A DNA stretch of 64,000 nucleotides, from the NCBI GenBank assembly GCA_040767965.1, contig JAXGNR010000004.1, positions 352,001 to 416,000 of the forward strand. Direction: 5' to 3'. This stretch comes from Atribacterota bacterium (GTDB lineage: Bacteria; Atribacterota; Phoenicimicrobiia; Phoenicimicrobiales; Stramentimicrobiaceae). The notes beneath the pieces were generated by a model, which did no database searches, was not told the DNA's origin, and saw only the letters and a program-made list of their open reading frames with translations. Shown here in pieces: positions 49,141 to 59,632 of this stretch (position 1 is the first letter of the stretch; each line of letters begins with the position of its first letter). The position numbers and the translations under genes were made by a program.

Positions 49141-50557
49141 AAGGGAAGTAGTTATTATTGGAGCAGGACCTGCTGGTCTGGGAGCTGCACTTGAATTGCA
49201 AAAAAATAATATAAAAGATATTTTGGTAATTGATAGGAATTCTATACCAGGAGGACTATCAAGAACAATTAATTACAAAGGCAATCATTTTGATATCGGC
49301 CCTCACCGTTTCTATACAAAAAATAGGGATGTTAACGAAGTATGGCATCAAACTTTAAAAAGCAATTTTAAAGCAGTTAACCGACTCACTAGAATATATT
49401 ATAAAAACAAATTTTTTAATTATCCCTTGAAACCATTTAATGCCCTTATAAATTTAGGAATTAGTGACTCTGCCCAGGTAATACTGGATTACTTTATTAC
49501 AAGAGTTCAGAACAATAAAAAGGAAGTGCATTCTTTTGAGGACTGGGTAAGTAGACAATTTGGCAACAAACTATATCAAATATTTTTTAAAACATATTCC
49601 GAAAAGATTTGGGGGATTGACTGTAAAGATATCAGCGCTGATTGGGCTGCTCAGAGAATTAAAGGACTTAACTTATATAGAGCAGTAATAGACTCATTGA
49701 ATCTATCTAAAAATAATAAAAATAGCAAAACTTTAATAGATGAATTCGATTACCCTGTTTTCGGTGCTGGCATGATGTATGAAAAAATGGCGGAAAAGAT
49801 TATTCAGAATAATGGGGATATAATCTACAATTCAAGAGTTAAACAGATAAATATCAAGAATGACAAAATAGAATCAATTTTAGTGAATACAAATGAAAAA
49901 GATTATTTAGTTTCAGCAAAAATGTTTTTTTCTTCCATGCCTTTAACAAAAATAATACAGGCAATCACGCCGAAAGCCAAAGAAAGCATCATAAATGCCT
50001 CAAAAGAACTTTTTTTTAGAGACCATATCACAGTGAACCTATTGATTGACAGCGGTAGATTGTTCCCGGACCATTGGATTTATGTACATTCACCTGAAGT
50101 AAAAATGGCAAGGTTGGCTAATTATAATAATTTCAGCAGCAAGATGACCGAAAACAAGAATGAAACAGCAATGAGTGTTGAATATTTCGTATTTAAAAAT
50201 GACGACATATGGACCATGGATGATAAAGATATATTTAAACTTGCTGTGGAAGAGCTGCACTATCTGAATTTAGTAGACAAAAAATTAGTCATTGATGGTT
50301 TTACAATCAGAGAAACTGACACCTATCCAGTGTATTTTATTGGATACGAAAAATATTTTAATATTATTAAAGAATATATCAGTCAGCTTTCCAATTTGCA
50401 ATGTATCGGCAGGGGTGGAATGTATAAATATAATAACCAAGACCATTCGCTGTATACAGGCATGCTCGCTGCAAAAAATTATTGTGGTTCAAATTATAAT
50501 ATCTGGAATGTTAATGTTGATGCAGAGTATCATGAGGACGCTAAAAGATATTCATGA
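49133..50557 (+). CDS. FAD-dependent oxidoreductase, NDP-pyranose mutase-like
   Basis: GAGPAG, GGLSRT...[36 protein letters not shown]. Confidence 0.75.
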   Translation: MNKREVVIIGAGPAGLGAALELQKNNIKDILVIDRNSIPGGLSRTINYKGNHFDIGPHRFYTKNRDVNEVWHQTLKSNFKAVNRLTRIYYKNKFFNYPLKPFNALINLGISDSAQVILDYFITRVQNNKKEVHSFEDWVSRQFGNKLYQIFFKTYSEKIWGIDCKDISADWAAQRIKGLNLYRAVIDSLNLSKNNKNSKTLIDEFDYPVFGAGMMYEKMAEKIIQNNGDIIYNSRVKQINIKNDKIESILVNTNEKDYLVSAKMFFSSMPLTKIIQAITPKAKESIINASKELFFRDHITVNLLIDSGRLFPDHWIYVHSPEVKMARLANYNNFSSKMTENKNETAMSVEYFVFKNDDIWTMDDKDIFKLAVEELHYLNLVDKKLVIDGFTIRETDTYPVYFIGYEKYFNIIKEYISQLSNLQCIGRGGMYKYNNQDHSLYTGMLAAKNYCGSNYNIWNVNVDAEYHEDAKRYS

Positions 50558-50616
50558 TTGATAATTCATAGATATTTAAGTTATTATAGGTAAGTAATCA
50601 AGAAATATTAAAAAAA

Positions 50617-51030
50617 ATGAAAATAATAAAATATTTTATTGTAGGTTCTGTTGCGGCCATAACAGATATTTCGCTTTTTTATATATTTGCAAAATTATTA
50701 GAATTAAATTATTTTTTAGTTGCTTTTTTCAGCTACACAATCGCGACTTTTGTAAATTATATTCTCAGTATAAGGTTTGTTTTTAAAAGTGGAATAAAAT
50801 ATTCAAAAAAAGCAGAAATCATTTTAATATACTTGATTAGCGGAATTGCTATTTTTATAAATCAACTCAGTCTGTATATATTAGTGAATTTACTATTCAT
50901 TAAATTAATAACCTCAAAAATAATTGCAACTGTAATAACTTTTTTCTGGAATTATTATATGAGGAATAATTTTATTTTTAGAAGCATATATTTAAAAGAA
51001 AAGAGCAGGATTATTATTGATAAAGAATAA
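50617..51030 (+). CDS. GtrA-family small flippase
   Basis: KYFIVG, four TM segments, NY..S.RFVF, WNY....FIF. Confidence 0.88.
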   Translation: MKIIKYFIVGSVAAITDISLFYIFAKLLELNYFLVAFFSYTIATFVNYILSIRFVFKSGIKYSKKAEIILIYLISGIAIFINQLSLYILVNLLFIKLITSKIIATVITFFWNYYMRNNFIFRSIYLKEKSRIIIDKE

Positions 51031-52525
51031 AAATTTTGAAATAGCAAAGAATATCTATGATTCAAAATATTTTATCTGGGCAATCATTTTTACTGGTATA
51101 CTCATCCGCTTTCGACAATATCTGTTTAACCGTTCATTATGGATAGATGAGGCATCTTTGGCTTTGAATATCTTAAAATTAAATTATTCCGAACTTCTTG
51201 AACCCCTTCTACATAAGCAAGCAGCTCCGCCATTTTTTCTTTTAATTACTAAATTATTTACTGATATTGCAGGTTATAGCGAATATGTGCTCAGATTATT
51301 ACCTTTTTTTTGTGGAATAACATCAGTAATACTTTTCTATTATCTAGCTACACAGTTCCTGCAAAAAAAAGTAATACCCATAGCTGTTGGTTTATTATCT
51401 TTCTCCTATTATGCAATCTATTATTCTGCCGAGTTTAAGCAGTATTCTGTTGATTTGTTGTTTACTATATTAATCATCTTTTTTGCTTTCAAATTAGATG
51501 AATCACAATACCAGAAAAAATATTCGATGTATTTTGGTTTTATCGCTGTTTTATCAACATGGCTTTCCCATACCTCAGTATTTGTATTAGCAGGGGTTGG
51601 TTTTGCGTTATTATATAAGATAACGTTAGAAAAAAGAAAATATGAGAAAGCCAATATTAATATAATTCACCTAAAGGGATTAATAGTTATTGGCATCCTT
51701 TCTATTTCCAGCTTTTTCTTTCACTATTTTTTTATTATCAGGCCTGTTCCTAAGGAATATTTTTACGACTTCTGGGAAGATTCATTTGTTCCATTTCCAC
51801 CACTTGGATTATCCGAAATAAAATGGTACTTAATAAAAGGTATAAATGTTATGAAAAATCCTCTGGGGTTTACATTTCTCTATGGGATTGCTTTTGTTTT
51901 TCTTGTTATTGGAATCATCAGTTTTTTGAAAAGAAAAGACAAGCTAAATTTAAATTTATTATTATTCCCAATTGTTTTTTTATTGATTGCATCAATTTTT
52001 CATATCTATCCAATAAATAGCAGATTAATTCTTTTTATACTTCCTATCATGTACCTTTTTATGTCTGAAGGGATGTGTCAATTTATAAAATATTTTTACC
52101 CCAATAAAAGATTGGTTTCTATATTAATAATAATATTTTTATTAGTATACCCTGTGTCAAATGGATTTAGTTACTTAATCAGACCAATATTAAGGCAAGA
52201 AATAAAATCTGTTATTGAATATTGCTTAGATAATAAAGAAGAGAATGATAAGATATATATTTATTATGGAGCAAAAACAGCTTTTGAATATTATACTTGG
52301 GATAATAAGATTGACACATTAGAATCTGTTGGTTCCAATAAGGAAAAACCAGATGAGTATTTTAGGGACCTGGATAGATTGAGAGGAAAAGACAGGATAT
52401 GGTTTATTTTTTCTCATATAGTTAGAGACGAAGATAAATTATTCTTAACTTATTTAGATCATATTGCTACTCAATTAGACTCATTTGAAACAAAGGGCTC
52501 TGCGGTTTATCTATATAAATTATAA
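51017..52525 (+). CDS. GT-C fold membrane glycosyltransferase (GT39/ArnT-like)
   Basis: RSLWIDEA, APPFF, EYVLRL, YSAEFKQYS; multiple TM segments plus soluble C-terminal domain. Confidence 0.8.
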   Translation: MIKNKNFEIAKNIYDSKYFIWAIIFTGILIRFRQYLFNRSLWIDEASLALNILKLNYSELLEPLLHKQAAPPFFLLITKLFTDIAGYSEYVLRLLPFFCGITSVILFYYLATQFLQKKVIPIAVGLLSFSYYAIYYSAEFKQYSVDLLFTILIIFFAFKLDESQYQKKYSMYFGFIAVLSTWLSHTSVFVLAGVGFALLYKITLEKRKYEKANINIIHLKGLIVIGILSISSFFFHYFFIIRPVPKEYFYDFWEDSFVPFPPLGLSEIKWYLIKGINVMKNPLGFTFLYGIAFVFLVIGIISFLKRKDKLNLNLLLFPIVFLLIASIFHIYPINSRLILFILPIMYLFMSEGMCQFIKYFYPNKRLVSILIIIFLLVYPVSNGFSYLIRPILRQEIKSVIEYCLDNKEENDKIYIYYGAKTAFEYYTWDNKIDTLESVGSNKEKPDEYFRDLDRLRGKDRIWFIFSHIVRDEDKLFLTYLDHIATQLDSFETKGSAVYLYKL

Positions 52526-52598
52526 AAAATATATAGCCATTTGTCTGAAAAAAATAATTAAAATTTATTTAAAAAAGTAACATTATAAGAAAAGTAAA

Positions 52599-52826
52599 AT
52601 GAACAGAGATAAAAAATTAATTATTCATATTGGTGTGTCCAGAACTGCAACTACTAATTTACAAACAGGCCTTTTCCCCCAGCTGCATAATGATGGAGTG
52701 ATAAATTACCTGGGGAAGGCGGCAGATAATGTGTACTGTAAAATCAACAATGGGGATAATATCAAAAAAACTTTAATAAGATATAATTTTAAGTTAAGAA
52801 TATATATATGTGAAAGAGGTGAATAA
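52599..52826 (+). pseudogene. Truncated sulfotransferase-family gene (N-terminal fragment)
   Basis: LIIHIGVSRTATTNLQ resembles the HIGxxKTxTTxLQ PAPS-binding loop; only 75 aa. Confidence 0.6.
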
Positions 52827-53763
52827 AATCAAAATTAAAAAAGTAAGTGTAATAATCCCAACATACAATAGGGCACATCTAATAGGCAGGGCAATTAACA
52901 GTGTATTGAATCAAACTCATCAGGGATTTGAATTGATTGTAGTGGATGATGGCTCGACAGATAATACAGAAGATGTCACTAAAGAATTTCAGCAAAAAGA
53001 TGAAAGAGTAATATATTTAAGGCACAAACAAAACAAAGGTGGTTCAGCAGCAAGGAATACTGGTATTAAAGCTTCCAAAGGAAAGTATATTGCATTTTTA
53101 GATTCAGACGATGAATGGCTACCAGAGAAATTAGAAAAGCAAATAAATATGTTTAACATAGTACCTGACAATATAGGGTTAATTTATTGTGGATATTACA
53201 AAATATTAGAAAAAAATGGGGAAATATTAAAAGAAATAATCCCTATTTACAAAGGTGATGCTTATATTAAAATGCTAAAAAGGTGCATCTTAGGTAGTCC
53301 TACTCCTCTTGTAAGGAAAAATTGTTTCGAAAGGGTAGGTTTATTTGATGAAAATCTTCCAAGTTGTCAGGATTGGGATATGTGGATTAGAGTAGCAAAA
53401 TATTATAATTTTGATTTCATAAAAGAATCTTTAGCGAAATATTATATACACGGTAACCAAATTTCAGCAAATTTGAATAATAAAATATTATCAAGAAAAA
53501 TAATACTTGAAAAATATCAAGAAGACCTATTAAAAAATTTCCAAATTATTAGTTTTCATTATAATAATTTAGGCTTGCTGTATTCTTTAAGTGGGAAATT
53601 AAGTGAAGCTAGAAAAAATTTTATCTATTCTATCAAGTATAATCCCTCTAAAAGAAGCAGTTATTTTCATTTGTTACTTTCTTTTTTGAGCCCTATTCTT
53701 CATAAGAAAATAATTCTCAAAAGAAGAGTTAAATATATCAATGGTATTACTATCTATAATTAA
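52810..53763 (+). CDS. Glycosyltransferase family 2
   Basis: VSVIIPTYNR, VVDDGSTD, ARNTG, FLDSDD, QDWD. Start codon uncertain. Confidence 0.92.
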   Translation: MKEVNKIKIKKVSVIIPTYNRAHLIGRAINSVLNQTHQGFELIVVDDGSTDNTEDVTKEFQQKDERVIYLRHKQNKGGSAARNTGIKASKGKYIAFLDSDDEWLPEKLEKQINMFNIVPDNIGLIYCGYYKILEKNGEILKEIIPIYKGDAYIKMLKRCILGSPTPLVRKNCFERVGLFDENLPSCQDWDMWIRVAKYYNFDFIKESLAKYYIHGNQISANLNNKILSRKIILEKYQEDLLKNFQIISFHYNNLGLLYSLSGKLSEARKNFIYSIKYNPSKRSSYFHLLLSFLSPILHKKIILKRRVKYINGITIYN

Positions 53764-54008
53764 ATAAACAGTTCGAAGTAGTTATTCTTAAGCTATTAAC
53801 ACCCCTAATAGTTTTAGTTGTTTTTATAGTGAAGATTCAATAATGAATGTATTTATAAAAAATATTTATTTTAAGGTAAAATGAATAAAATATAAGGCAT
53901 AAGTGATAATGTGATAATAATCGAAGAGATAAGTGTATTTTTAATATTATCCTAATAATAATTAGATACAAATACAGTTTAAAGATATTTAAAAAATAAT
54001 GATAGGAA

Positions 54009-54215
54009 GTGATATTTGAGAAATTACTATATAGAAAAAAATTTTATGCAGGTTTAAACAGATCTAAAAAAAGAAAATATTTAGAATTAAGAGCTTTTTC
54101 AGCAAGACAAACGAGAATCCAGTAATTATTCTTGGAAATCAAAGATCCGGGACTGCTGTTATTGATACATTACTGCGAAGTGTATTAATAAAAACCTTGC
54201 ATTGGATATATAGTT
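54009..54215 (+). pseudogene. Second decayed sulfotransferase-family gene
   Basis: From 54113, ENPVIILGNQRSGTAVIDTLL matches the P.I..G..RSGT...LL PAPS-binding motif; flanked by frameshifts and stops. Confidence 0.6.
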
Positions 54216-54337
54216 ATCCATTTGTTATGAAATAGATGGTTTGATATTGCAGAAAATAATTTAAGGATTCTGTTAAAAACATGTGTAGGCATTGCCAAAT
54301 ATTAAAAATATATTATTTTATTATCAAGAGAAAATAA

Positions 54338-55450
54338 ATGAAAATATTACTATTAGCATCTGGAAAAGATATTCATAGTGTTAGATGGGCAAACCAGTTA
54401 AGCAAGAATGGGAATGTCGTACATTTATGCTATGTTTCCGATCATAAACCTTCTTTAGATAAATTTAATCCTAATATTTTTTTACATGAATTAAAATTTA
54501 AATCACCTTATGGTTATTATTTAAATGTCTCTCAATTAAAAAATATTATTAATTATGTTAAACCGGATATATTTAATGCGCATTACGCAAGTGGCTATGG
54601 CACTCTTGGCAGGATGTGTAATTTTTTTCCTTACATACTTTCTGTTTATGGTAGCGATGTATATGATTTTCCTTACAAGAGAAAAATAAATATGCAGATA
54701 ATCAAAAAAAACTTAAAATCTGCCAATGTGATAACTTCAACAAGCCATTCCATGGCAAATCAGGTAACAAGATTAATCGATATACCATTAGAAAAAATAT
54801 ATACTGTGCCATTCGGTGTAGATATAACAAAATTTAGAAAAAAAAATACTGAAAAAGAAAGCAATCAAATAGTTATAGGTAGTGTAAAAAAATTATCCCC
54901 AAAATATGGCATAAAATATGGTATATTAGCTGTTCGTCATCTGGTTAAAGAATTGCTAAGAGATAAAAAAGAGAAGACAAGAATAAGATATCTTATTTAT
55001 GGAGAAGGCAAGGAGAGGAATACGCTTAAAAAGCTTGTTGAGGAATGTAAATTACAGGATATAGTTGAATTTAAAGGAAGAATTCCCAATAATATGGTCC
55101 CAAATGCTCTTAATAATTTAGATATATTTTTAGGAACAAGTGTTTTGGATAGTGAAAGCTTTGGGGTTGCAATAGTCGAAGCAATGGCATGTGAAGTGCC
55201 TGTAATAGTAACAGATGTTGACGGTTTTAAAGAAGTGGTAGATGAAGGTGCTGCAGGAATTATTGTGCCAAGAAAAGATTATAAGGAGATGGGTAAACAG
55301 ATATTCAATATTATAAATAATCCAAAAAAACGTATTGAACTAGGCAGGATAGAAAGAATTCGTGTAATTAAGCATTATAATTGGATGGAAAATGTTAAAA
55401 AAATGGAGACTATTTATAATAAGGCCATTGAAATATTTCAGATAAAGTAA
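54338..55450 (+). CDS. Glycosyltransferase family 4
   Basis: HSVRW, HYASGYG, GSDV, ESFGVAIVEAMAC. Confidence 0.92.
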   Translation: MKILLLASGKDIHSVRWANQLSKNGNVVHLCYVSDHKPSLDKFNPNIFLHELKFKSPYGYYLNVSQLKNIINYVKPDIFNAHYASGYGTLGRMCNFFPYILSVYGSDVYDFPYKRKINMQIIKKNLKSANVITSTSHSMANQVTRLIDIPLEKIYTVPFGVDITKFRKKNTEKESNQIVIGSVKKLSPKYGIKYGILAVRHLVKELLRDKKEKTRIRYLIYGEGKERNTLKKLVEECKLQDIVEFKGRIPNNMVPNALNNLDIFLGTSVLDSESFGVAIVEAMACEVPVIVTDVDGFKEVVDEGAAGIIVPRKDYKEMGKQIFNIINNPKKRIELGRIERIRVIKHYNWMENVKKMETIYNKAIEIFQIK

Positions 55451-55512
55451 CCATATATTAGTTATTTTAAATTAATCTACGGTTATAATCTAGTTAAAGT
55501 TAAAGGTATGAA

Positions 55513-56679
55513 ATGAAAAAAATTGTGATGTACACTACTAATCAGTTGTTTGGCGAAAGAAGGACTGGTGGAGTAAAAAGATTTTTAGAGTTATACGAAG
55601 GGATGAAGAATAATGATATTGATATTGATTTATTTTGCGGTGATACCCAGGAGGTTTTAGTAAAAAATAATATAAAAGCATATTCTCTTCAGAATGTCAA
55701 AAAGGGTAAAAATGTTTTTATTCCAACAGAATTAAAAATATTTATTAAAAATATAAATAAGATTAGAAAAATAAAAAAAATGAAGTATGATGCAATTATT
55801 ATTTTTGATGTTCCTACAGCCATAGGATTAAGTTTAATAGGAATTAAAAAAATTCAATTATTTATTCGTCAAGATTTAATTGAGTATAAAAAAATTACCA
55901 TAAGCAATAGAATAAAAAACAAATTACTTGCAAGTATATATTTATTTTTTGTTATGTTATGTGAAACAGTTTGTCTTATTAAAGCAAATAGAATATTTTT
56001 ACAATGCAAATATGATTATTATGCTCTAATAAATAGACATAGGTTAATAAAAAATAATATAGAAAAAAAATCAATAATTCAAATTAATAATGTTAATCCT
56101 TCATGGATTATTAATAAATCAAATTATACTTTAAACGATAGGATTGCTATACTTTTTAAAAAAAGTGATTTTTTAATTGGATTTATAGGAAACTTTAATA
56201 GTGACAGGAAAGGGCATAAGATATTCCTTGATGCGATGAGAAAACTTTTAGATAAAAAACATAAACTCAAAGCAGTTGTAATTGGAGATGGTAGACAATT
56301 ATTAAAATACAAAGAAAAATATAAAGGGTATCCCGAAATAATTTTTACAGGGCACTTAGATAATCCAATGCCTGTAATAAAAAAATGTAATTTAATAATT
56401 GTACCATCAATAGCTGATTCTTGTCCAAATACAGTAATGGAGGCACTGTATAATAATGTACCAGTTATTGGTGCCCGATCTGGAGGTATACCAGAAATAC
56501 TTAAAAATGAAGAATGTCTATTTAATCCAAATTCTTTATCTATACAAAAAAAAATAGAATATTACATGGATAAAACTAACCTAAGGAAGTTGAAAGATCA
56601 ACTAAAGATTAGAAAAGAAGAATTAGAGTTCGACTGGCCTTTGGCAATTATAAAACAAATACAATTGACATACAAGTAA
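55513..56679 (+). CDS. Glycosyltransferase family 4
   Basis: TGGVKR, RKG, DSCPNTVMEA, GGIPE. Confidence 0.88.
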   Translation: MKKIVMYTTNQLFGERRTGGVKRFLELYEGMKNNDIDIDLFCGDTQEVLVKNNIKAYSLQNVKKGKNVFIPTELKIFIKNINKIRKIKKMKYDAIIIFDVPTAIGLSLIGIKKIQLFIRQDLIEYKKITISNRIKNKLLASIYLFFVMLCETVCLIKANRIFLQCKYDYYALINRHRLIKNNIEKKSIIQINNVNPSWIINKSNYTLNDRIAILFKKSDFLIGFIGNFNSDRKGHKIFLDAMRKLLDKKHKLKAVVIGDGRQLLKYKEKYKGYPEIIFTGHLDNPMPVIKKCNLIIVPSIADSCPNTVMEALYNNVPVIGARSGGIPEILKNEECLFNPNSLSIQKKIEYYMDKTNLRKLKDQLKIRKEELEFDWPLAIIKQIQLTYK

Positions 56680-56797
56680 TAAAATGTCTTATCTTTTATT
56701 GGGCAATTACTTGGAAATAAATTATAAAACTTAAAACCCTGAAACCAAGACTACTAGCATTAAATAATTAAATTCAAATAAAATACAAAATAATTGA

Positions 56798-58600
56798 ATG
56801 AATTTGAGAATGACTACTAAAAATATACAAATTAACAGTATAATTAATGTAATAATGTTTCTTTATATACTAAATATTTATTTATTGAGTGTGTTCTATA
56901 TTTTATTTAAAAGTAGAATAAGTTAATTCAAATAATAACTTGAAATAGACCTCAAGAACACCATAATAATATAGATAAAACTCTAAAAAATTAAGGAGGA
57001 TAAATTCAAGATGACCCAATTAAATATATGTCTATTTTGCAAGCGGAATTAAATAAGGACGGAGATTTCCTAAAGGAAATGGTAAAAAGTATTATGCAAC
57101 AGCTAATGGAAGAAGAAAGAGATGCTCAGGTGGGAAGTATTGTCTCATAAAAGAGACAATGCCAAAAAAGGCCAATCGTAACGGCTATAAGCCCCGCTCT
57201 TTGAATACCAGAGTCGGTAATCTACTTTTGGCCAAACCCCAGATCAGAGAATTTGCCTTTCAGACTCAATTATTTGAAAACTACCAAGAAGCGAAAAGGC
57301 CTACTTGCCAGTATCTGCCAGATGGTTACCGATGGAGTCTCCTGCTTGGGTCAAAGATTGTCGCTAAACTATCACCGGATCTCATCTATTCCAAATCTAC
57401 AGTCAGCAGAATCACCCAGGAACTGGATCCCAGATAACAAAATGGCAACAAGCACAATTACAAGATTATTACCTCTATCTATTTACCGATGCCCTCTACT
57501 TTTTTATCCGGGTAAACCACCGGGTCATCTCCTGCCCGTTATTAATTACCATAGGTGTAGACAAGAACGGATACGGAAGGTTCTGGGTATTGATATCGCC
57601 CTTTGAGAGAAAGCTACCAAAGCTATCTACAATCACTTTAACCAAATCAAAGACAGGGGATTAAAATACGTAGATTTAACGATCTCCGATGACCATAAGG
57701 GACTCATCAAAGCTCAGCAGGAAGTATTCCCCAATACACCCCATCAGCGCTGTATCTGTCATTTTATGCGTAATGTCCTATCTTGTGTTCCCTATAAGGA
57801 AAAAGCAAAACTGGCCGATTATCTCAAGCAGATCTTTAATTCTCCCACCAGAACAGATGGCTGTTACTGTAGCTAAGATGATTGCCGAAAATACCAGACC
57901 AGTTATCATAAAGTAAGTGAAATGTTACAAGAGGAACTGGAATTTACTCTGACTTACCTTAACTACTCCAAACATCACCGTCGCAAGATTAGAACCGCAA
58001 TTTGGTGGAAGGGGTAATCAATAAAGACCTAAAACAACGCTCCAGGGTAGTTGGCATTTTCCCGAACCAGGAATCCTGCCTAAGATATGCCTCCTGAGAC
58101 TCATGGAGATTGATGAGGAATGGCAGACCGGTAGAAGGTATCTGAAGATAAATAAAGAGGATCAATTCCTACAAAGAGATGATCCTCTCTTAGAAGAAAT
58201 AAAACAAATGAAAGAAGGAGTCAAGGCTCAGGAGGAATTGGTGGCTACTTAATTTTACAGAAAAATTGGGATTGACTCTATTTATTATTCTACTGAGAAT
58301 ATCATAATCATATAAGTAATGCTATTAATTATATGATTATTGGATTAATTTACTTTTAAAAAAAATAAATTAATATTTAATTTTTATTTTGCTTGCATTC
58401 TTACTATTTATTATAACATGTAGAATATTTATTTTTTTGCTATAAACCAAAATATTGCACTGGTTAGAGCCAGGATTGTGATATTGTTATTTATATTGAT
58501 AATTTCTTTGATAAATTATTTGGATAAAAAAGAAAAAATAATATGTTTAATGAGATATTTTGAAAAGTCACAATTTGAATCAAACAGATACTTTTTTATT
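56798..58600 (+). pseudogene. Decayed O-antigen ligase/polymerase-like membrane protein gene, interrupted by IS256
   Basis: Hydrophobic N-terminus MNLRMTTKNIQINSIINVIMFLYILNIYL stops at the IS. Hydrophobic fragments resume after it (e.g. AINQNIALVRARIVILLFILIISLINYLDKKEKIICLMRYF near 58440-58560) with stops and frameshifts. Confidence 0.5.
56887..58278 (+). mobile_element. IS256-family insertion sequence, 1392 bp, transposase inactivated
   Basis: 8-bp target duplication TATTTATT (56879-56886 and 58279-58286). Imperfect 28-bp terminal IRs starting GAGT (18/28 match). Transposase fragments RNGYKPR, ISDDHKGL, HQRCICHFMRN from ATG 57011 to about 58252, with several frameshifts. Confidence 0.9.
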
Positions 58601-58704
58601 GACTTCAGATTTTGCTACAATTGCCGGTTTCGGGAATCAATTGTCTAATGCGAATACAGAAAATAGAAGATCTAAATTAGAAAAATATCAGCTGGAGCTT
58701 AAAA

Positions 58705-59610
58705 TTGATAAATATTTTTATCAAAATCTTAAGAAAACCAAAAATTATTGTTTTGTATCTTTTGTCAACCAAAATATCAAGAATCATTCCAGATATTATT
58801 TTTTTAAAAACCAAATTTAGACTAAGGATAGGTAAAACTCTAAACTTGTCAAATCCAAAAACTTTTAATGAGAAACTACAATGGCTGAAGTTATATGATA
58901 GAAATCCCGAATACATAGATTTGGTTGACAAATATAAAGTTCGTGATTATATTGCTAAAACAATTGGTGGTGAGTATCTTATACCTTTACTAGGAGTATA
59001 TAATAGCTTTGAAGAAATAAACTTTAATACACTACCTGATCAATTTGTACTAAAACCAACTCATACATCTGGAGATATATTTATTTGTAGAGACAATTCA
59101 GGAATAGACTATAATGATTTGAAGAAAAAAATTAATAAATGGTTGAAACGGGATTATTATTTTCTATCAAGAGAATGGTGCTATAAAAACATTAAACCAA
59201 GAATAATTTGTGAAAAATATCTTAAAAATGAAAGAAAACAAGTTCCTGATGATTATAAAGTCCTTTGTTTTAACGGTCAGCCAAAACTAATACAAATTCA
59301 TGTTAATAGATATAGTAAAGATTATTCTAAAGTTATTTATGACTTAGACTGGAATAAAACTACAATTTCAATAGGGACTTCAGATTTTAACTTAAATATA
59401 CCAAAACCAAAAAATTATAAATCAATGTTAGAATTTTCTAAAATATTAGCAAAAGATATTCCTTTTGCGCGAATAGATTTTTATGAAGAATATAATAAGT
59501 TATATTTTGGAGAAATCACTTTATACCCAGCGTCAGGATTTAATCCTCTTCAAAAACACGAAGACAATATTAAATTAGGTAGCTGGATTGAACTGCCTTT
59601 TGACAAATGA
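58705..59610 (+). CDS. TupA-like ATP-grasp amidoligase (copy 2)
   Basis: NPKTFNEKLQWLKLYD, DKYKVRDY, FVLKPTH, EWCY, DYK, RIDFY, FGEITLYP. Confidence 0.92.
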   Translation: MINIFIKILRKPKIIVLYLLSTKISRIIPDIIFLKTKFRLRIGKTLNLSNPKTFNEKLQWLKLYDRNPEYIDLVDKYKVRDYIAKTIGGEYLIPLLGVYNSFEEINFNTLPDQFVLKPTHTSGDIFICRDNSGIDYNDLKKKINKWLKRDYYFLSREWCYKNIKPRIICEKYLKNERKQVPDDYKVLCFNGQPKLIQIHVNRYSKDYSKVIYDLDWNKTTISIGTSDFNLNIPKPKNYKSMLEFSKILAKDIPFARIDFYEEYNKLYFGEITLYPASGFNPLQKHEDNIKLGSWIELPFDK

Positions 59611-59632
59611 AATATTTAGAAAGGAACTTAGT

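Noticed and set aside
57159-58931. ORFs 57159..57437, 57253..57606, 57689..57916, 58560..58820 and 58677..58931 as independent genes
   Set aside because: Fragments or off-frame readings of the broken IS256 transposase, or overlaps with the TupA-like gene.
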